A DNA stretch of 60,615 bases from an uncultured Thermodesulfobacteriota bacterium. GTDB lineage: Bacteria; Desulfobacterota; GWC2-55-46; JADFVP01. The stretch spans positions 1 through 60,615 of the forward strand of contig CAZEBZ010000004.1 in the NCBI GenBank assembly GCA_964510775.1, written 5' to 3'. The notes beneath the pieces were generated by a model that worked only from the letters and a program-made list of their open reading frames with translations, ran no database searches and had not been told where the DNA came from. Shown here in pieces: positions 1 through 10,492 of this stretch. Within the stretch, counting starts at the first letter, position 1. Each line of letters starts with the position of its first letter. Position numbers and translations under genes: made by a program.

Positions 1-107
1 ACCGATATGAAAAACAAGCAAAATTACCCACTCACTTGGGAGATGACCCAAAATATATTAAAGCCACAGAGACTAAGGCTCTAATTATTTAACTGAAGCC
101 GCCATTA

Positions 108-144
108 CAGGGCCTCTCTTTAAGTGAGGCCCTGCTGTTTTTTT
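108..144 (+). terminator. Rho-independent terminator closing a + strand gene whose 3' end lies at the window edge
   Basis: Perfect 9-bp stem CAGGGCCTC (108-116) / GAGGCCCTG (126-134) with a 9-nt loop, then a T7 run at 138-144. Two frames open from position 1 stop just upstream (82-84 or 90-92). Confidence 0.7.
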
Positions 145-215
145 GTGTTTTTCAAGCACTCTTTTATTTTTCTCTTATCCCTTACCCTTCTTATCATCTA
201 AATAAACAAATCATC

Positions 216-863
216 TTATCTGCCGTTACCAAGGGCTTTGAGCTCAACGGTAACTTTGCCGACAGGCGAGTGCGGAACCTTGATGTAGTTTGCGCCTATG
301 GGCAGGGCTCCGGCTAAACCGGGAATAAAAAGAGGCATCATTACAGGGACTTCAAGGCCCGTTCTTCCCCTAAGAAGTTCCTCTGTAGTAAGGATAACCA
401 TATATCTACCCTCTGAATCTTCTTCTGTAACGGGTATCTCTGCCACGAGGCCTTTTCTAAAGCCTATTAAGGTCTTTATATTTGTAAAGGAATTACCCCT
501 GATCTTGTAGGTTATATTAAAATCCTTATCAAGGAGGATAACCATAGGCGAGAAGATATAGGCCTTTCGAGGCTGGCCTCCAAGAAAAAAACTTTTTATT
601 ATTATTCCATAAGGTCTCTTGTATTCAGGCAGCTTGAATGCTCTGAAAAAACTCTTTCCCCACTTGAATTCATAGGCCTTTGAGTGTGAATCTATGAAGA
701 TTTTTCTTCTATCACCGAGCTTTATCTCTTCATACTCGAACTCTGAGTAACCGCTGCAGCAAAGCGGCGCGGCTCTGTACTGCTCGGTGACTTTTTGAAG
801 GTTCACTGCGCAGGACATAAGCAAGAGGCTGATTATGGGGAGGAAAAGAAGTCTCTTTTTCAT
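216..863 (-). CDS. MalM-like periplasmic lipoprotein
   Basis: 215 aa. Signal peptide with lipobox-like LLLMSC. Segments IFSPMVILLDKDFN and RYMVILTTEELL resemble the E. coli MalM segments VFAPNVLILDQNM and KLYVLVFTTEKDL (from memory). Confidence 0.5.
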   Translation of the reverse strand: MKKRLLFLPIISLLLMSCAVNLQKVTEQYRAAPLCCSGYSEFEYEEIKLGDRRKIFIDSHSKAYEFKWGKSFFRAFKLPEYKRPYGIIIKSFFLGGQPRKAYIFSPMVILLDKDFNITYKIRGNSFTNIKTLIGFRKGLVAEIPVTEEDSEGRYMVILTTEELLRGRTGLEVPVMMPLFIPGLAGALPIGANYIKVPHSPVGKVTVELKALGNGR

Positions 864-1220
864 ATCTTTTTTTTACGATGGCTGAAGTCTTTCACGCATA
901 TTTTCGCAGGCACTGCGTAGCATAAAACTCCCGCCTCAACGTAACCTCATACAATATTTTTTAGTATCGACCCTTGCATATATATATGTATATTTTAGCA
1001 GGATTTATTTTTTTTGTAATGCTCAGCTACCGCGACCCTCATAGTAGAAATATGGATTGGCTATAACTATGTCACTTATTGTTTAAGCGCTGATAAGATC
1101 AACAGAGCGGATTTATCTTTTATTTACTGATATTTGTCATAGTCTATGTTATTAGAAAGGAGTAATCTGCATTTATCATAACATTTCTGTTTATTTTATA
1201 TTTATAGGAGGAGTTGTTTT

Positions 1221-1637
1221 ATGACCAAGACATCCGTGCGTAATATGTTTATCGGCTCTACTGTCGTGGTCTCCGTTGTCTTTGCTGTCCTTACCATACT
1301 CTCGCACAAGAGTTTTCCTGAGAGGACGCATCCGGAGAATCTTACAAAAGAGGTAGTCTGGGGAAAGAGAGTATGGGAGAAACATGCCTGTATTGACTGC
1401 CATACGCTTCTTGGGGAGGGCGCCTACTATGCCCCGGAGCTCTCTAACGTAATCGAGAGACGAGGTGTGGATTTTGTTCGTACCGTCCTTGAGACAGATG
1501 CAATTCAGGGCTGGGGTACAGTAAGAAAGATGCCCAAGTTCGATCTCTCGACAAAGGACATCAACGGACTTATAGCCTTTTTCCAGTGGATGGGTAATAT
1601 AGACACCAATAACTGGCCCCCGAACAAAGAAGGCTAA
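1221..1637 (+). CDS. norC: Nitric oxide reductase subunit C (membrane-anchored monohaem cytochrome c)
   Basis: 138 aa with an N-terminal TM anchor and a single CIDCH haem motif in the NorC-like context GKRVWEKHACIDCHTLLGEGAYYAPEL. GGAGG lies ~9 nt upstream and norB follows directly. Confidence 0.85.
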   Translation: MTKTSVRNMFIGSTVVVSVVFAVLTILSHKSFPERTHPENLTKEVVWGKRVWEKHACIDCHTLLGEGAYYAPELSNVIERRGVDFVRTVLETDAIQGWGTVRKMPKFDLSTKDINGLIAFFQWMGNIDTNNWPPNKEG

Positions 1638-1670
1638 GAACAGGTAAATAATCATAAGGAGCGTTAAAAT

Positions 1671-2999
1671 ATGAGATATCAGTACGAGTCGCAACGAGTG
1701 GCATACCCATTCTTTATCGTTGCCATACTTTTATTTGGACTTCAGGTGCTTTTTGGTCTGATCATCGGAGCGCAGTACATCTGGCCCGATATGCTCTTTC
1801 CTTTAATACCATTTAACATCGCGAGGATGATACACATCAATCTCCTTGTAGTTTGGATTATAATGGGTTTTATGGGCTGCGCCTACTACCTCATACCTGA
1901 GGAGGTGGAGGGTGAGGTCTACAGCGTAAAGCTTGCCATCTTGAACCTCGTTCTCCTTATTATCGGTGGAGTTACGGCAGTGGGCGGTTATCTATTCCGC
2001 ATTCACGACGGCAGGGAGTTTCTTGAGCAGCCCTTTATGATAAAGGTTGCCATTGTAATAGTAGTTCTGCTCTTTCTCTTTAATATCCTCATGACGATGA
2101 TTAAGGGTAGAAGGCGTACGACTATATCCGTTGTATTCTTCGGTGGTTTCGTAGGTCTTGCAGTATTTTATCTCTTTGCCTTCTATAAACCTGCCAATAT
2201 GGTTGTTGATAAATACTACTGGTGGTGGGTTGTGCATCTCTGGGTCGAGGGCGTATGGGAGCTTATCATGGCCGCCATACTCTCATTCCTGCTCATAAAA
2301 CTGACGGGTATTGATAGAGAAGTCGCTGAAAAATGGCTCTATCTCATCATAGGCCTGACCTTTATAACAGGTGTAATCGGCACGGGGCATCACTACTACT
2401 GGATAGGTACGCCGGCCTTCTGGCAGACCTGGGGCGCGTGGTTCTCCGCCAGTGAGGTTCTTCCATTTGTTGCAATGGTGGCCTTTAGTTTCAAGATGGT
2501 GAGTAAGAGGACTCGAAACCATCCAAACCGAGCGGCTGTCCTTTGGACGGGCGGTGCGGCTGTAGTATCTTTTCTCGGCGCAGGCGTATGGGGTTTTATG
2601 CACACGCTTCCTCAGGTAAACTACTACACACACGGTACGCAGATGACGGCGAGCCACGGACACCTCGCCTTCTTTGGAGCCTATGCCCTTATAATACTCG
2701 CCATGATCTCTTATGCCGTGCCTAATCTTCGCAATAAGACAGAGAGCATACGGAGTCAGAAGATAGAGATATTTGCCTTCTGGACAATGGTAGTATCCAT
2801 GTTCAGCATCGCTCTTACGCTTACAGGCGCAGGCATCGTACAGGTAACTCTGCAGAGAGTAATGGGGCTGCCATTTATGGAAGCTCAGTCTCACATGGGT
2901 GTATTCTTTGCCATAAGGCTCGCCTTTGGTCTGACTTTTACCATTGGGCTTCTGGCCTTTTACTACGACTTCTTTACTAAGGCCGGAAGGTCGAGGTAG
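1671..2999 (+). CDS. norB: Nitric oxide reductase subunit B (haem-copper oxidase family)
   Basis: 442 aa, polytopic. Metal/haem ligand contexts [32 protein letters not shown] and SHGHLAFFG are typical of cNOR NorB. Confidence 0.9.
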   Translation: MRYQYESQRVAYPFFIVAILLFGLQVLFGLIIGAQYIWPDMLFPLIPFNIARMIHINLLVVWIIMGFMGCAYYLIPEEVEGEVYSVKLAILNLVLLIIGGVTAVGGYLFRIHDGREFLEQPFMIKVAIVIVVLLFLFNILMTMIKGRRRTTISVVFFGGFVGLAVFYLFAFYKPANMVVDKYYWWWVVHLWVEGVWELIMAAILSFLLIKLTGIDREVAEKWLYLIIGLTFITGVIGTGHHYYWIGTPAFWQTWGAWFSASEVLPFVAMVAFSFKMVSKRTRNHPNRAAVLWTGGAAVVSFLGAGVWGFMHTLPQVNYYTHGTQMTASHGHLAFFGAYALIILAMISYAVPNLRNKTESIRSQKIEIFAFWTMVVSMFSIALTLTGAGIVQVTLQRVMGLPFMEAQSHMGVFFAIRLAFGLTFTIGLLAFYYDFFTKAGRSR

Positions 3000-3007
3000 A
3001 GTGCGTA

Positions 3008-3820
3008 ATGGGCAAATCCGCTCATAAAGAAGTGAGAGACGTGCAGGAAGGTTTGCCATATTATCTGCCCGTTGGTGATGAGGTTGAGGTCTTTACCGCA
3101 GCCTGCAGGGCCGGTATGGCCGTACTCTTAAAGGGCCCCACGGGGTGTGGAAAGACTCGTTTTGTACGGCATATGGCCATAAGACTTGGCCTTGACGTGC
3201 AGACCGTGGCCTGCCATGATGACCTTACTGCAAGTGATTTATTGGGACGTTTTCTTATTAAGGGGGCCGAGACCGTATGGGTCGACGGCCCCCTTACTTC
3301 TACTGTACGAAAGGGCGGTATATGCTACCTTGACGAGGTAGTAGAGGCCCGTAAAGACACCACTGTAGTTATCCACCCCCTTACTGATGACAGACGTATT
3401 CTCACCATTGATAAGACGGGTGAGGAGCTGACTGCTCCTGATGATTTTATGCTTGTCGTATCATACAACCCCGGGTATCAGCATATACTTAAAGACCTTA
3501 AACCAAGCACAAGACAGAGGTTTGTGGCACTTGAGTTTGATTATCCCCCTGAAGACCTTGAGACTGAGATAGTTGCCGTTGAGAGCGGACTTGACGAGAA
3601 GACGGCATCTTCCATAGTAGCGGCGGGAAGAAAGATGCGCCTTCTTACTGAGGAAGGTCTTGATTCACCGCCTTGTACGAGGCTTCTTGTTCATGCTGCG
3701 CGCCTTGTAAAAGAGGGGCTATCGCCGCATACAGCTGTTCTTACGGCGATAATTCGTCCTGTTACTGATGACACAGAGACCATCTCTGCTATGGTTGATA
3801 TCGCTAAGGCCATACTTTAG
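3008..3820 (+). CDS. norQ: NorQ/CbbQ-type MoxR AAA+ ATPase
   Basis: 270 aa with Walker A GPTGCGKT and Walker B ICYLDEV. Sits between norB and norD. Confidence 0.85.
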   Translation: MGKSAHKEVRDVQEGLPYYLPVGDEVEVFTAACRAGMAVLLKGPTGCGKTRFVRHMAIRLGLDVQTVACHDDLTASDLLGRFLIKGAETVWVDGPLTSTVRKGGICYLDEVVEARKDTTVVIHPLTDDRRILTIDKTGEELTAPDDFMLVVSYNPGYQHILKDLKPSTRQRFVALEFDYPPEDLETEIVAVESGLDEKTASSIVAAGRKMRLLTEEGLDSPPCTRLLVHAARLVKEGLSPHTAVLTAIIRPVTDDTETISAMVDIAKAIL

Positions 3821-3839
3821 TTCTTTCCCCTGATCTATC

Positions 3840-5870
3840 ATGGAATATCTTATTGGTAAAGGCATAGATCGCGCACTGCGGATCCGCCACAAGAGAAAAC
3901 TCGGTAAATGGCGCCGTGAGAGGGCTACTTTATCTGTAAAAGATTACGAGAGAAGGTTCTCCTTATTCGCCTCTGTAGTTGCAGGCCGCTCTATGACAGT
4001 AGCGGGTATTCACGGAGATCCCCAGCCGCGCCCTTATGCGCCTCTGCTATACAAGAGCGCCCACCCCGCACAGCTTGGTGAACATGCCTTTGCTTGGAGT
4101 GACGGAGAGACGATTTTTCTGCCCATTACTTCCATTCACATGAGGACTCCTGATGAGGAAGAGGAGCTTCTTAAACTCAGCATTTTCTTTCTATCTTTTC
4201 AGGTTACCTGCGGCTCACTGCGCGCTGCTTTTGAGAAGAGGTTTGCCCTTGAGTCCGATCAGATGCTCCTTGATCTATACTGGATTATAGAGAATAAACG
4301 CCTCGCGACGCTTATAAAGAGCGAGTATCCAATGGCTTTCAGGTTCTACTCGCTCATCTCTGAAGAGTTATTTGCTTTTCGGCCTCAGCGCAAGCTGCTC
4401 CGTCCCTGTGAGATCCTCGTAGAGGAATTTCTACAGGCTTCTGTCTTTGATGAGTCGCCTTTTGCTGGCTCCGCCTCTGCAAAAGAGAGCCTCTCTCTTG
4501 CCGGGGAGATTAAAGAGGGCTGGCTTGCAGGCAGGGGTTTGAAGGGCCGGTACAGGGCTATAATGCCCTTTATCCCTTATGGCAGGATACTGCCGCAGAG
4601 GATTAAGGAAGGTGCTGTATTAAGCGCGCCACTTCTTGATAAAAGCTCGGATTCCGCCAACGTCTCACAAGATGAAGGAAGGGGTAGTGATGAGGAAAAA
4701 AAACGCTTTACGCAGAAGAGAGAAGAAGTAGATGAGAAGGCTATGGAGGAGGGGCTTACTCTTAATATCTACGATAAGTTTATAACCTGGGCGGAGTTTG
4801 TTAATGTTACACGTCCATTTGATGATGACGCAGAGGACGATATGAACAAGAAGGCTGAGTCAATGGACGAGATTTCAACGGCCTCTATTGCGCAATCCAC
4901 AAACGCCTTCTTTGACGCCGACCTTGAAAAAGCGGCCCTCTATGACGAGACTGCTGCGAGCCAGGTAAGACCCTCTGCAGAGGTCTTTAATTATAAGGAG
5001 TGGGATTACAATAAGAAGGCCTACAGAGAAAATTACGCAACCCTTACGGAGAGTATGGCCGAGGATGCTGACAGGGGATTTGCCAGGTCTGTCTTAAGTG
5101 AGAGGCATGGCCAGATAAAGACCCTTCGACGCCAGTTTGAGATATTAAACCCCGAGCTTCGGCCTCTAAAGAGGCAGATCGACGGCTCTGAGATTGATAT
5201 AGACGCCGTAGTGGCCTCTTTAAGTGACCGTAAGGCGGGTAGGGAGTTTGAGGAGAGGCTTTATATAAGAGACTTCAGGGCTGAGAGAGACATGAGCGCC
5301 CTATTTCTTGTGGATTTAAGTATGTCAACTGAGACATGGGTGGGCGATAAGCGAGTTATTGACCATGAAAAAGAGGCGCTGCTTCTGCTCTGCGAGTCTA
5401 TGAAAGGGCTTCGTGACAGGTATGCCGTATATGGCTTTTCCGGTAGAAACAGGGCAGGGTGCAGGTTTTATCACATTAAGGGCTTTGACGAGGCTTATAA
5501 TGAGAAGGTTCGAGACAGGATAGGCGCTCTGCTGCCCCTGGGATATACGAGGATGGGGCCTGCCATCAGGCATGCCGCCGCCCTTCTTGAGAAAGAGAGG
5601 TCTCGAATAAAACTGCTATTTATCGTCTCTGACGGAAAACCAAATGACATGGATGTCTATGAGGGCAGGTACGGCCTTGAGGATACGGCCATGGCCATAA
5701 GAGAGACAAAAAAAGCCGGTATCACCCCTTTTTGCCTTACAGTTGATAATGCCGCAGGAGAGTACCTACCACGACTCTTTGGTGCGGGGCATTACGTAGT
5801 ATTATCTAACGCCGGTAAGCTTGTTAAGAGCCTGCCGACTCTATTCGCCCGTGTAGTTAACGGTATGTAA
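3840..5870 (+). CDS. norD: NorD, VWA-domain nitric oxide reductase activation protein
   Basis: 676 aa. C-terminal von Willebrand A domain with MIDAS-like DLSMST, and an acidic central linker. Canonical norCBQD order. Confidence 0.8.
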   Translation: MEYLIGKGIDRALRIRHKRKLGKWRRERATLSVKDYERRFSLFASVVAGRSMTVAGIHGDPQPRPYAPLLYKSAHPAQLGEHAFAWSDGETIFLPITSIHMRTPDEEEELLKLSIFFLSFQVTCGSLRAAFEKRFALESDQMLLDLYWIIENKRLATLIKSEYPMAFRFYSLISEELFAFRPQRKLLRPCEILVEEFLQASVFDESPFAGSASAKESLSLAGEIKEGWLAGRGLKGRYRAIMPFIPYGRILPQRIKEGAVLSAPLLDKSSDSANVSQDEGRGSDEEKKRFTQKREEVDEKAMEEGLTLNIYDKFITWAEFVNVTRPFDDDAEDDMNKKAESMDEISTASIAQSTNAFFDADLEKAALYDETAASQVRPSAEVFNYKEWDYNKKAYRENYATLTESMAEDADRGFARSVLSERHGQIKTLRRQFEILNPELRPLKRQIDGSEIDIDAVVASLSDRKAGREFEERLYIRDFRAERDMSALFLVDLSMSTETWVGDKRVIDHEKEALLLLCESMKGLRDRYAVYGFSGRNRAGCRFYHIKGFDEAYNEKVRDRIGALLPLGYTRMGPAIRHAAALLEKERSRIKLLFIVSDGKPNDMDVYEGRYGLEDTAMAIRETKKAGITPFCLTVDNAAGEYLPRLFGAGHYVVLSNAGKLVKSLPTLFARVVNGM

Positions 5871-5980
5871 CTCAGACAGCCCCCCCCCTTATTAATTCCT
5901 CTGCCGCCTCACTTTCGCGAGAGTTTTCTTACCTAACTTACTTCTGGATGTTCATATAAGTACCGTTGTATAATATATAT

Positions 5981-8080
5981 ATGTCTTTTGTAACCAAATC
6001 AGGACATGTCTCAACTATCTTCGGCGCCTTTGTCGCTGCCGCTCTCTGTATTATTTCCGGCTGTACCTCTTCTACTGACGAGCGTGGTGTGCGTGACCTT
6101 GACAGGATTGAGTCTTCCGGTGTCTTAAAGGCCATTGTGCGGCCCCGTGAGATGAGATTGGCGTCGCTGGGGTTGACACAGGTGCTGATTGACAGGAAGC
6201 TGGCGCAGGCTCTGGCCGGTGAGCTGGGCCTTAAGCTTAAGCTCGTTGTTATGGATGATAACGATGCCATGCTGGATATGCTGAGACGAGGTAAGGCCGA
6301 TATTATAATCGCCGGTCTTATCGCTACTCCAGGCGAGGGCGTAGCTTACAGTGTGCCTTACAGGTACACTGATGAGGTGCTTATACTGCGAAAGGCCGCG
6401 GCGAAGAGTGGTAAGAAGAGTAATGAAAACGCTGCCTCCGAGTATGTCTCTCTTAAAGACAGACCAATATGCCTTTCTCAGGACAGTCTTCGTACAGATG
6501 CCGTTAAGAGGCTTAAGAAGCTGGAAGTTACTGAGTTTATAGAGCTGCCGCGAGGTTCCGGAGCTGATGATGCCCTGGTTATGGTGGAGAGCGGTGAATG
6601 TCTCGGAGCCGTCGTGGATTTAGTCTCATGGGAAGAACTCTCTGATAGTTACTCCTCTCTTTATCTTGAGAGGACGCTTGCAAAATCTCTGCCCATCTCC
6701 CTTGCCATGAGCCCCGGAGCGATTAACCTTAGAAGCAGAACCAATGAGTACCTTATCTCACGCTCTCTCTCATCAGACAGCAGACTTAAGTATAAGCTCG
6801 ACCTTGATGGTCTGAAGAAGAAAAAAGTCCTGAGGATGGTAACGCGCAATAATTCCCTTACTTATTATATTTACAGAGGCACTCCCGTTGGTTTTGAGTA
6901 TGAGATGATGAAAAAATTCGCCGATAGTCAGGGTCTGCGCCTTGAGGTGGTTCTGCCTCCCGGGCATGTAGAGCTAATACCCTGGCTTCTTGGGGGCAAG
7001 GCCGATGTAGTGGCCGCGGCGATGACAAAGACAGGTGAGAGGGATAAACAAGTTGCCTTCACTACAACATATAATTATGTTAATGAGGAGGTCGTTGTGC
7101 GAGGTGATGATAAGTCTATTAAATCACTATCAGACCTTGTGGGAAAGAGTATCCATGTGCGAAAGAGCAGTTCTTTTTATGAGAGCCTCATGGCCCTTAA
7201 GGAAAAGGGGTATGATTTTGATATTGTCCTCTTGCCCGAGGCTATGGAGACGGAGGAAATTCTTGATGGCATCGCAGAGAACCGTTGGGATATTACTGTA
7301 AGTGACTCTAATCTATTAAGGATTGAGGTTGAGAGCGGGAAGGATCTGAAATCAGCCTTTACTCTTAAAAAGAGCGGACTTGGCTGGGCCGTAAGAAAAG
7401 AGGACACCAGACTTCTTCATGCCCTTAACACCTTTATCAAGAAGCAGCGCGGGAGTTTTTTCTTTAATACCCTTAAGGATAAGTATTTTAGCCCCTCAAC
7501 TAAATCGGCTGTGGCGGATAAAACCCTTCGTTATGACAGGAGTGGTAATATATCACCTTTTGATGACCTTGTGAAAAAATACGCCGCCCTCTATGGTCTT
7601 GACTGGCGTCTCGTTGTCGCGCAGATGTTTCAAGAGTCGAGCTTTAATCCTCGCAAGCTTAGTTGGGCCGGCGCAAGAGGGCTTATGCAGCTTATGCCGA
7701 GGACGGCCAGGCAGTTCGGCCTGCGTAAATCCTTTGACCCCGAGTCCTCCATTAAGGCCGGGTCATATTATATGAAGAAGCTATTAAAAAGGTTTGGGCC
7801 CCCTATAAAACTCAAAGACAGTATCAGCTTTGCTCTTGCCGCCTATCACGCAGGTTATAATCATGTGGCTGACGCGAGAAACCTCGCCGTAAGTGAGGGG
7901 CTTGACCCTAATGTCTGGTTCGATAACGTAGAGAAGACAATGATACTTCTTCAAAATCGGAAGTATTACCGTAAGACAAGATACGGCTACTGCAACGGGC
8001 GAAGGACTGTTCATTATGTGCGAGAGATAATAACCAGATATAACGCCTATCTGCGACACGATGTTGGCGACGCGGCCTGA
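5981..8080 (+). CDS. MltF-like membrane-bound lytic transglycosylase with two tandem SBP_bac_3-like modules plus a C-terminal SLT domain
   Basis: Lipoprotein-like N-terminus (AALCIISGC). Two periplasmic solute-binding-like segments (around GKADIIIAGL and GKADVVAAAM). SLT motif AQMFQESSFNP...GLMQLMPRTA. ATG at 5981 preferred over the TTG at 5966 used in the ORF track. Confidence 0.75.
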   Translation: MSFVTKSGHVSTIFGAFVAAALCIISGCTSSTDERGVRDLDRIESSGVLKAIVRPREMRLASLGLTQVLIDRKLAQALAGELGLKLKLVVMDDNDAMLDMLRRGKADIIIAGLIATPGEGVAYSVPYRYTDEVLILRKAAAKSGKKSNENAASEYVSLKDRPICLSQDSLRTDAVKRLKKLEVTEFIELPRGSGADDALVMVESGECLGAVVDLVSWEELSDSYSSLYLERTLAKSLPISLAMSPGAINLRSRTNEYLISRSLSSDSRLKYKLDLDGLKKKKVLRMVTRNNSLTYYIYRGTPVGFEYEMMKKFADSQGLRLEVVLPPGHVELIPWLLGGKADVVAAAMTKTGERDKQVAFTTTYNYVNEEVVVRGDDKSIKSLSDLVGKSIHVRKSSSFYESLMALKEKGYDFDIVLLPEAMETEEILDGIAENRWDITVSDSNLLRIEVESGKDLKSAFTLKKSGLGWAVRKEDTRLLHALNTFIKKQRGSFFFNTLKDKYFSPSTKSAVADKTLRYDRSGNISPFDDLVKKYAALYGLDWRLVVAQMFQESSFNPRKLSWAGARGLMQLMPRTARQFGLRKSFDPESSIKAGSYYMKKLLKRFGPPIKLKDSISFALAAYHAGYNHVADARNLAVSEGLDPNVWFDNVEKTMILLQNRKYYRKTRYGYCNGRRTVHYVREIITRYNAYLRHDVGDAA

Positions 8081-8195
8081 TATACTATATTTTATCAGTC
8101 TTCAAAAAAACTTTTATCTAACTTAGTCTTGTGCTAAGCTCAGCCCTATAATCTTAGTAAAGCTCCTCCGCGGCTTTCTCCTTGAGAGGTATCAG

Positions 8196-8645
8196 ATGAA
8201 GTACATACAGCAGTCCTGCTCTTCTATTGTATATGTACAGCTCTTTATTTTTATAGTGTTTTTCGCCTGTAGCTCCTCTTTGTTCGCCGCGCCCCGGGCT
8301 TCGTCCCTTGACGCCCTCTCTACTCAATGTCTCAAGTGCCATGAGGGTTTTGCCTCAGGCGGACGTCTCTGTCACAACGGCGACTGTAGCCATCCAATAG
8401 GCGTAGACTACATTAGGCTTGCCAGGGGGAACGCCTCGCTTGTGCCGCCATCGAAGCTGGATCCGGCTATGAAGCTCATAGATGGAAAGATGGGCTGTCC
8501 TACATGTCATGTGCCCTATAATAAGAAAAATCACCTTGAACTGTACAAAAAACGTAAGAAAGTCTACGTGAAGACTGGTGTTGATGTAATGCTGGCAGTT
8601 GATAATAATTGGAGCGGCCTCTGTGTAGCCTGCCACTTGAAGTAA
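8196..8645 (+). CDS. Small secreted multihaem cytochrome c (three CXXCH motifs)
   Basis: 149 aa with a signal peptide and three haem motifs CLKCH, CPTCH and CVACH. SHPIGVDY is a context common in multihaem cytochromes. Confidence 0.7.
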   Translation: MKYIQQSCSSIVYVQLFIFIVFFACSSSLFAAPRASSLDALSTQCLKCHEGFASGGRLCHNGDCSHPIGVDYIRLARGNASLVPPSKLDPAMKLIDGKMGCPTCHVPYNKKNHLELYKKRKKVYVKTGVDVMLAVDNNWSGLCVACHLK

Positions 8646-8688
8646 TGGGGCCGGGCATTAATTATTTAAGATAAGGGGAACGTTTTTG

Positions 8689-9108
8689 ATGAAAAGCTAT
8701 AGAAAGGAGCTTTTTTTTAATATTCCAGAGAGGCTCGCTTTTGTGAATATTACGGGAGATGTTATTGAGGCCCTCGCTGAGAGTGAGGTCAGGGAGGGGC
8801 TTGTCCTTGTTAACTCCATGCATATAACTTCTTCTGTATTTATTAATGATGATGAGAGCGGGCTGCATGACGATTATCGCCGCTGGCTCGAAGGCCTCGC
8901 GCCTCATGCCCCTATCTCACAGTATCGTCACAACGATACAGGTGAGGATAACGGCGACGCCCATTTAAAAAGAGAGATAATGGGGCGAAGCGTAACGGTG
9001 GCTATAACTGAGGGCCGCCTTGACCTTGGCACATGGGAGAGAATTTTTTACGGTGAGTTTGACGGCCGAAGAAGAAAGAGAGTTCTTGTAAAGATTATCG
9101 GCGAGTAG
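8689..9108 (+). CDS. yjbQ: YjbQ/UPF0047 family protein (secondary thiamine-phosphate synthase-like)
   Basis: Conserved YjbQ-like blocks: [27 protein letters not shown] and [19 protein letters not shown] at 8689 with AAGGGG ~10 nt upstream; the track started at the TTG at 8686. Confidence 0.75.
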   Translation: MKSYRKELFFNIPERLAFVNITGDVIEALAESEVREGLVLVNSMHITSSVFINDDESGLHDDYRRWLEGLAPHAPISQYRHNDTGEDNGDAHLKREIMGRSVTVAITEGRLDLGTWERIFYGEFDGRRRKRVLVKIIGE

Positions 9109-9233
9109 GGGGACGTAGCTGAGGGAGGCGGTGAGAGGGGGGGCGGCTGTGTTATCTTGGCGAGCGGTTAAGAGCTTGCAATATTACATGATAGCTATTC
9201 TTAGATATCCATCCTATCTACCTGAATTAACAG

Positions 9234-10352
9234 TTAAAAATTAGGCCTTCCTTTAGTGATAAGCTCAATCCATTTGTTGTCTTTTAGGGCCCTGAGCGTT
9301 GGGCCGTAGAAGATGAAATCTTGATGAAAAGGTACGGATACAGCGCCTCCAAAACCCGCGTTGTCTCCAAGAGCTATATGCACGGTACCAAGTATCTTCT
9401 CTGTCTCGAGGATATTATCGGGGCGCGTGGCCTTATCGTTAGTACCTATGCCAAGCTCAGCGACGTTACCTGCTTGTGGAATTTCTTCCAGTTCTTTTCT
9501 AAGAACCTCGACGTACTCCTCCTTACCGCTTACGTCTATTGCCATGCCTTTTTGAATGGTAACCGTAACAGGGCTGCTCATCTTACGCGTTGGAGCCCAC
9601 TCAAGTACGAGTCTTCCTTCTGCCGTGCCTTCCACAGGGGCCAGAAAGGCCTCGCCTGCAGGGAGGTTCCCGTAGGAGCCCGGTGTGCTTAGGATTCCTG
9701 TATCGGCGAGAACCTCTCTATCCTTTATGGAAAATTTTATCTCCGTACCATTCTCGCAGGTTATCTCAACAGAGACTGCTCCCGAGAGTTTGTTCTTTAG
9801 TGAGTTCGTTCTTTTCTCAAGCTCTTCCCAGTCGACTGCCATTGAGGCGCTAAGCATACTTCTCTCGAATATAGGCATACTCGCGTATCTGACAGCTCCG
9901 ATGGAGGTAAGAAATTTACGAAATTTTGTATGTGTAGTGGAGTAATTGCTAAGGGCGACGATAGCCGTTGGCATGGAGGCGGTATGTGAGCTGAAGACCT
10001 CATCGGCACGTGAGAGGTCTTGGGCGTTAGCGGTCTTGGTGAGTATCTTCTCAAGAATGGAGCATTCGGCAAGTTCATCAATAGCTTCATTACCAAAGGC
10101 CGCTCTCCAGAGGGTCTCATGAGGTTCTACTCCGTGTCCGCCGCCTGAGGGAAATTCAACGTACTTAGTCTCAAAGAGTTCTTGGCCAACTTCGGCAAGC
10201 TCCTGCGCTATTTTTTTTAGTTCATGGCGTCTACCGACCTCTGCCTCATCAGGCGCCTCATCTGCCGTGATTGTGTCAGTAAAGACAATTACGCTATCAC
10301 CTTTTTTTAGACCAAGATTAAGGGTGAAGATTTTCTCCATTACCTCTTTCAT
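9234..10352 (-). CDS. M29-like (aminopeptidase T/S family) aminopeptidase
   Basis: 372 aa. The C-terminal block LGIGTNDKATRPDNILETEKILGTVHIALGDN matches the M29 pattern GxN...EK..GTvHiAlG. Confidence 0.6.
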   Translation of the reverse strand: MKEVMEKIFTLNLGLKKGDSVIVFTDTITADEAPDEAEVGRRHELKKIAQELAEVGQELFETKYVEFPSGGGHGVEPHETLWRAAFGNEAIDELAECSILEKILTKTANAQDLSRADEVFSSHTASMPTAIVALSNYSTTHTKFRKFLTSIGAVRYASMPIFERSMLSASMAVDWEELEKRTNSLKNKLSGAVSVEITCENGTEIKFSIKDREVLADTGILSTPGSYGNLPAGEAFLAPVEGTAEGRLVLEWAPTRKMSSPVTVTIQKGMAIDVSGKEEYVEVLRKELEEIPQAGNVAELGIGTNDKATRPDNILETEKILGTVHIALGDNAGFGGAVSVPFHQDFIFYGPTLRALKDNKWIELITKGRPNF

Positions 10353-10492
10353 ATTTGAATACCTCGAATTTTTATTTAATAACTCTTAATATATCACCTT
10401 CACTGACTTTGTCAATTTGTCTCTCTTCAAGTGTGCGGTCTTGTTTTTGGAAAAGATAGATTGACAAAAAGCCAATAAAAACAGTAAAATGT

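Noticed and set aside
3-92. Partial 3' end of a + strand gene at the window start.
   Set aside because: Two frames are open from the edge, ending at 84 or 92, and about 28 residues are too few to choose between them or to assign a function. Only the terminator that follows is reported.
1058-1074. TGGCTA-N5-ATGT upstream of norC, and TGGCAC-N5-GCAG at 44203-44217 upstream of the YfhO-like gene, considered as sigma-54 promoters.
   Set aside because: The -12 element (TTGC, with GC 10 nt after GG) is missing or mis-spaced in both.
1091-1102. TGATAAGATCAA upstream of norC, considered as an FNR/DNR/NnrR box.
   Set aside because: The half-sites are separated by 3 nt, not the 4 nt of TTGAT-N4-ATCAA, and only 4-5 bp per arm match. 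It is too weak to call. I found no convincing NsrR-type palindrome either.
2283-3059. 258-aa minus-strand ORF overlapping norB and norQ.
   Set aside because: It is fully antisense to norB, whose haem/copper ligand motifs are intact. The translation is Arg/Pro/Gly-rich with no recognisable domain.
8368-8391. CHNGDCSH in the small cytochrome, considered as a fourth (variant) haem-binding site.
   Set aside because: The spacing is C-X4-C-X-H, not CXXCH or CX3-4CH. More likely it contributes distal His ligands (SHP context). Only three canonical motifs were counted.
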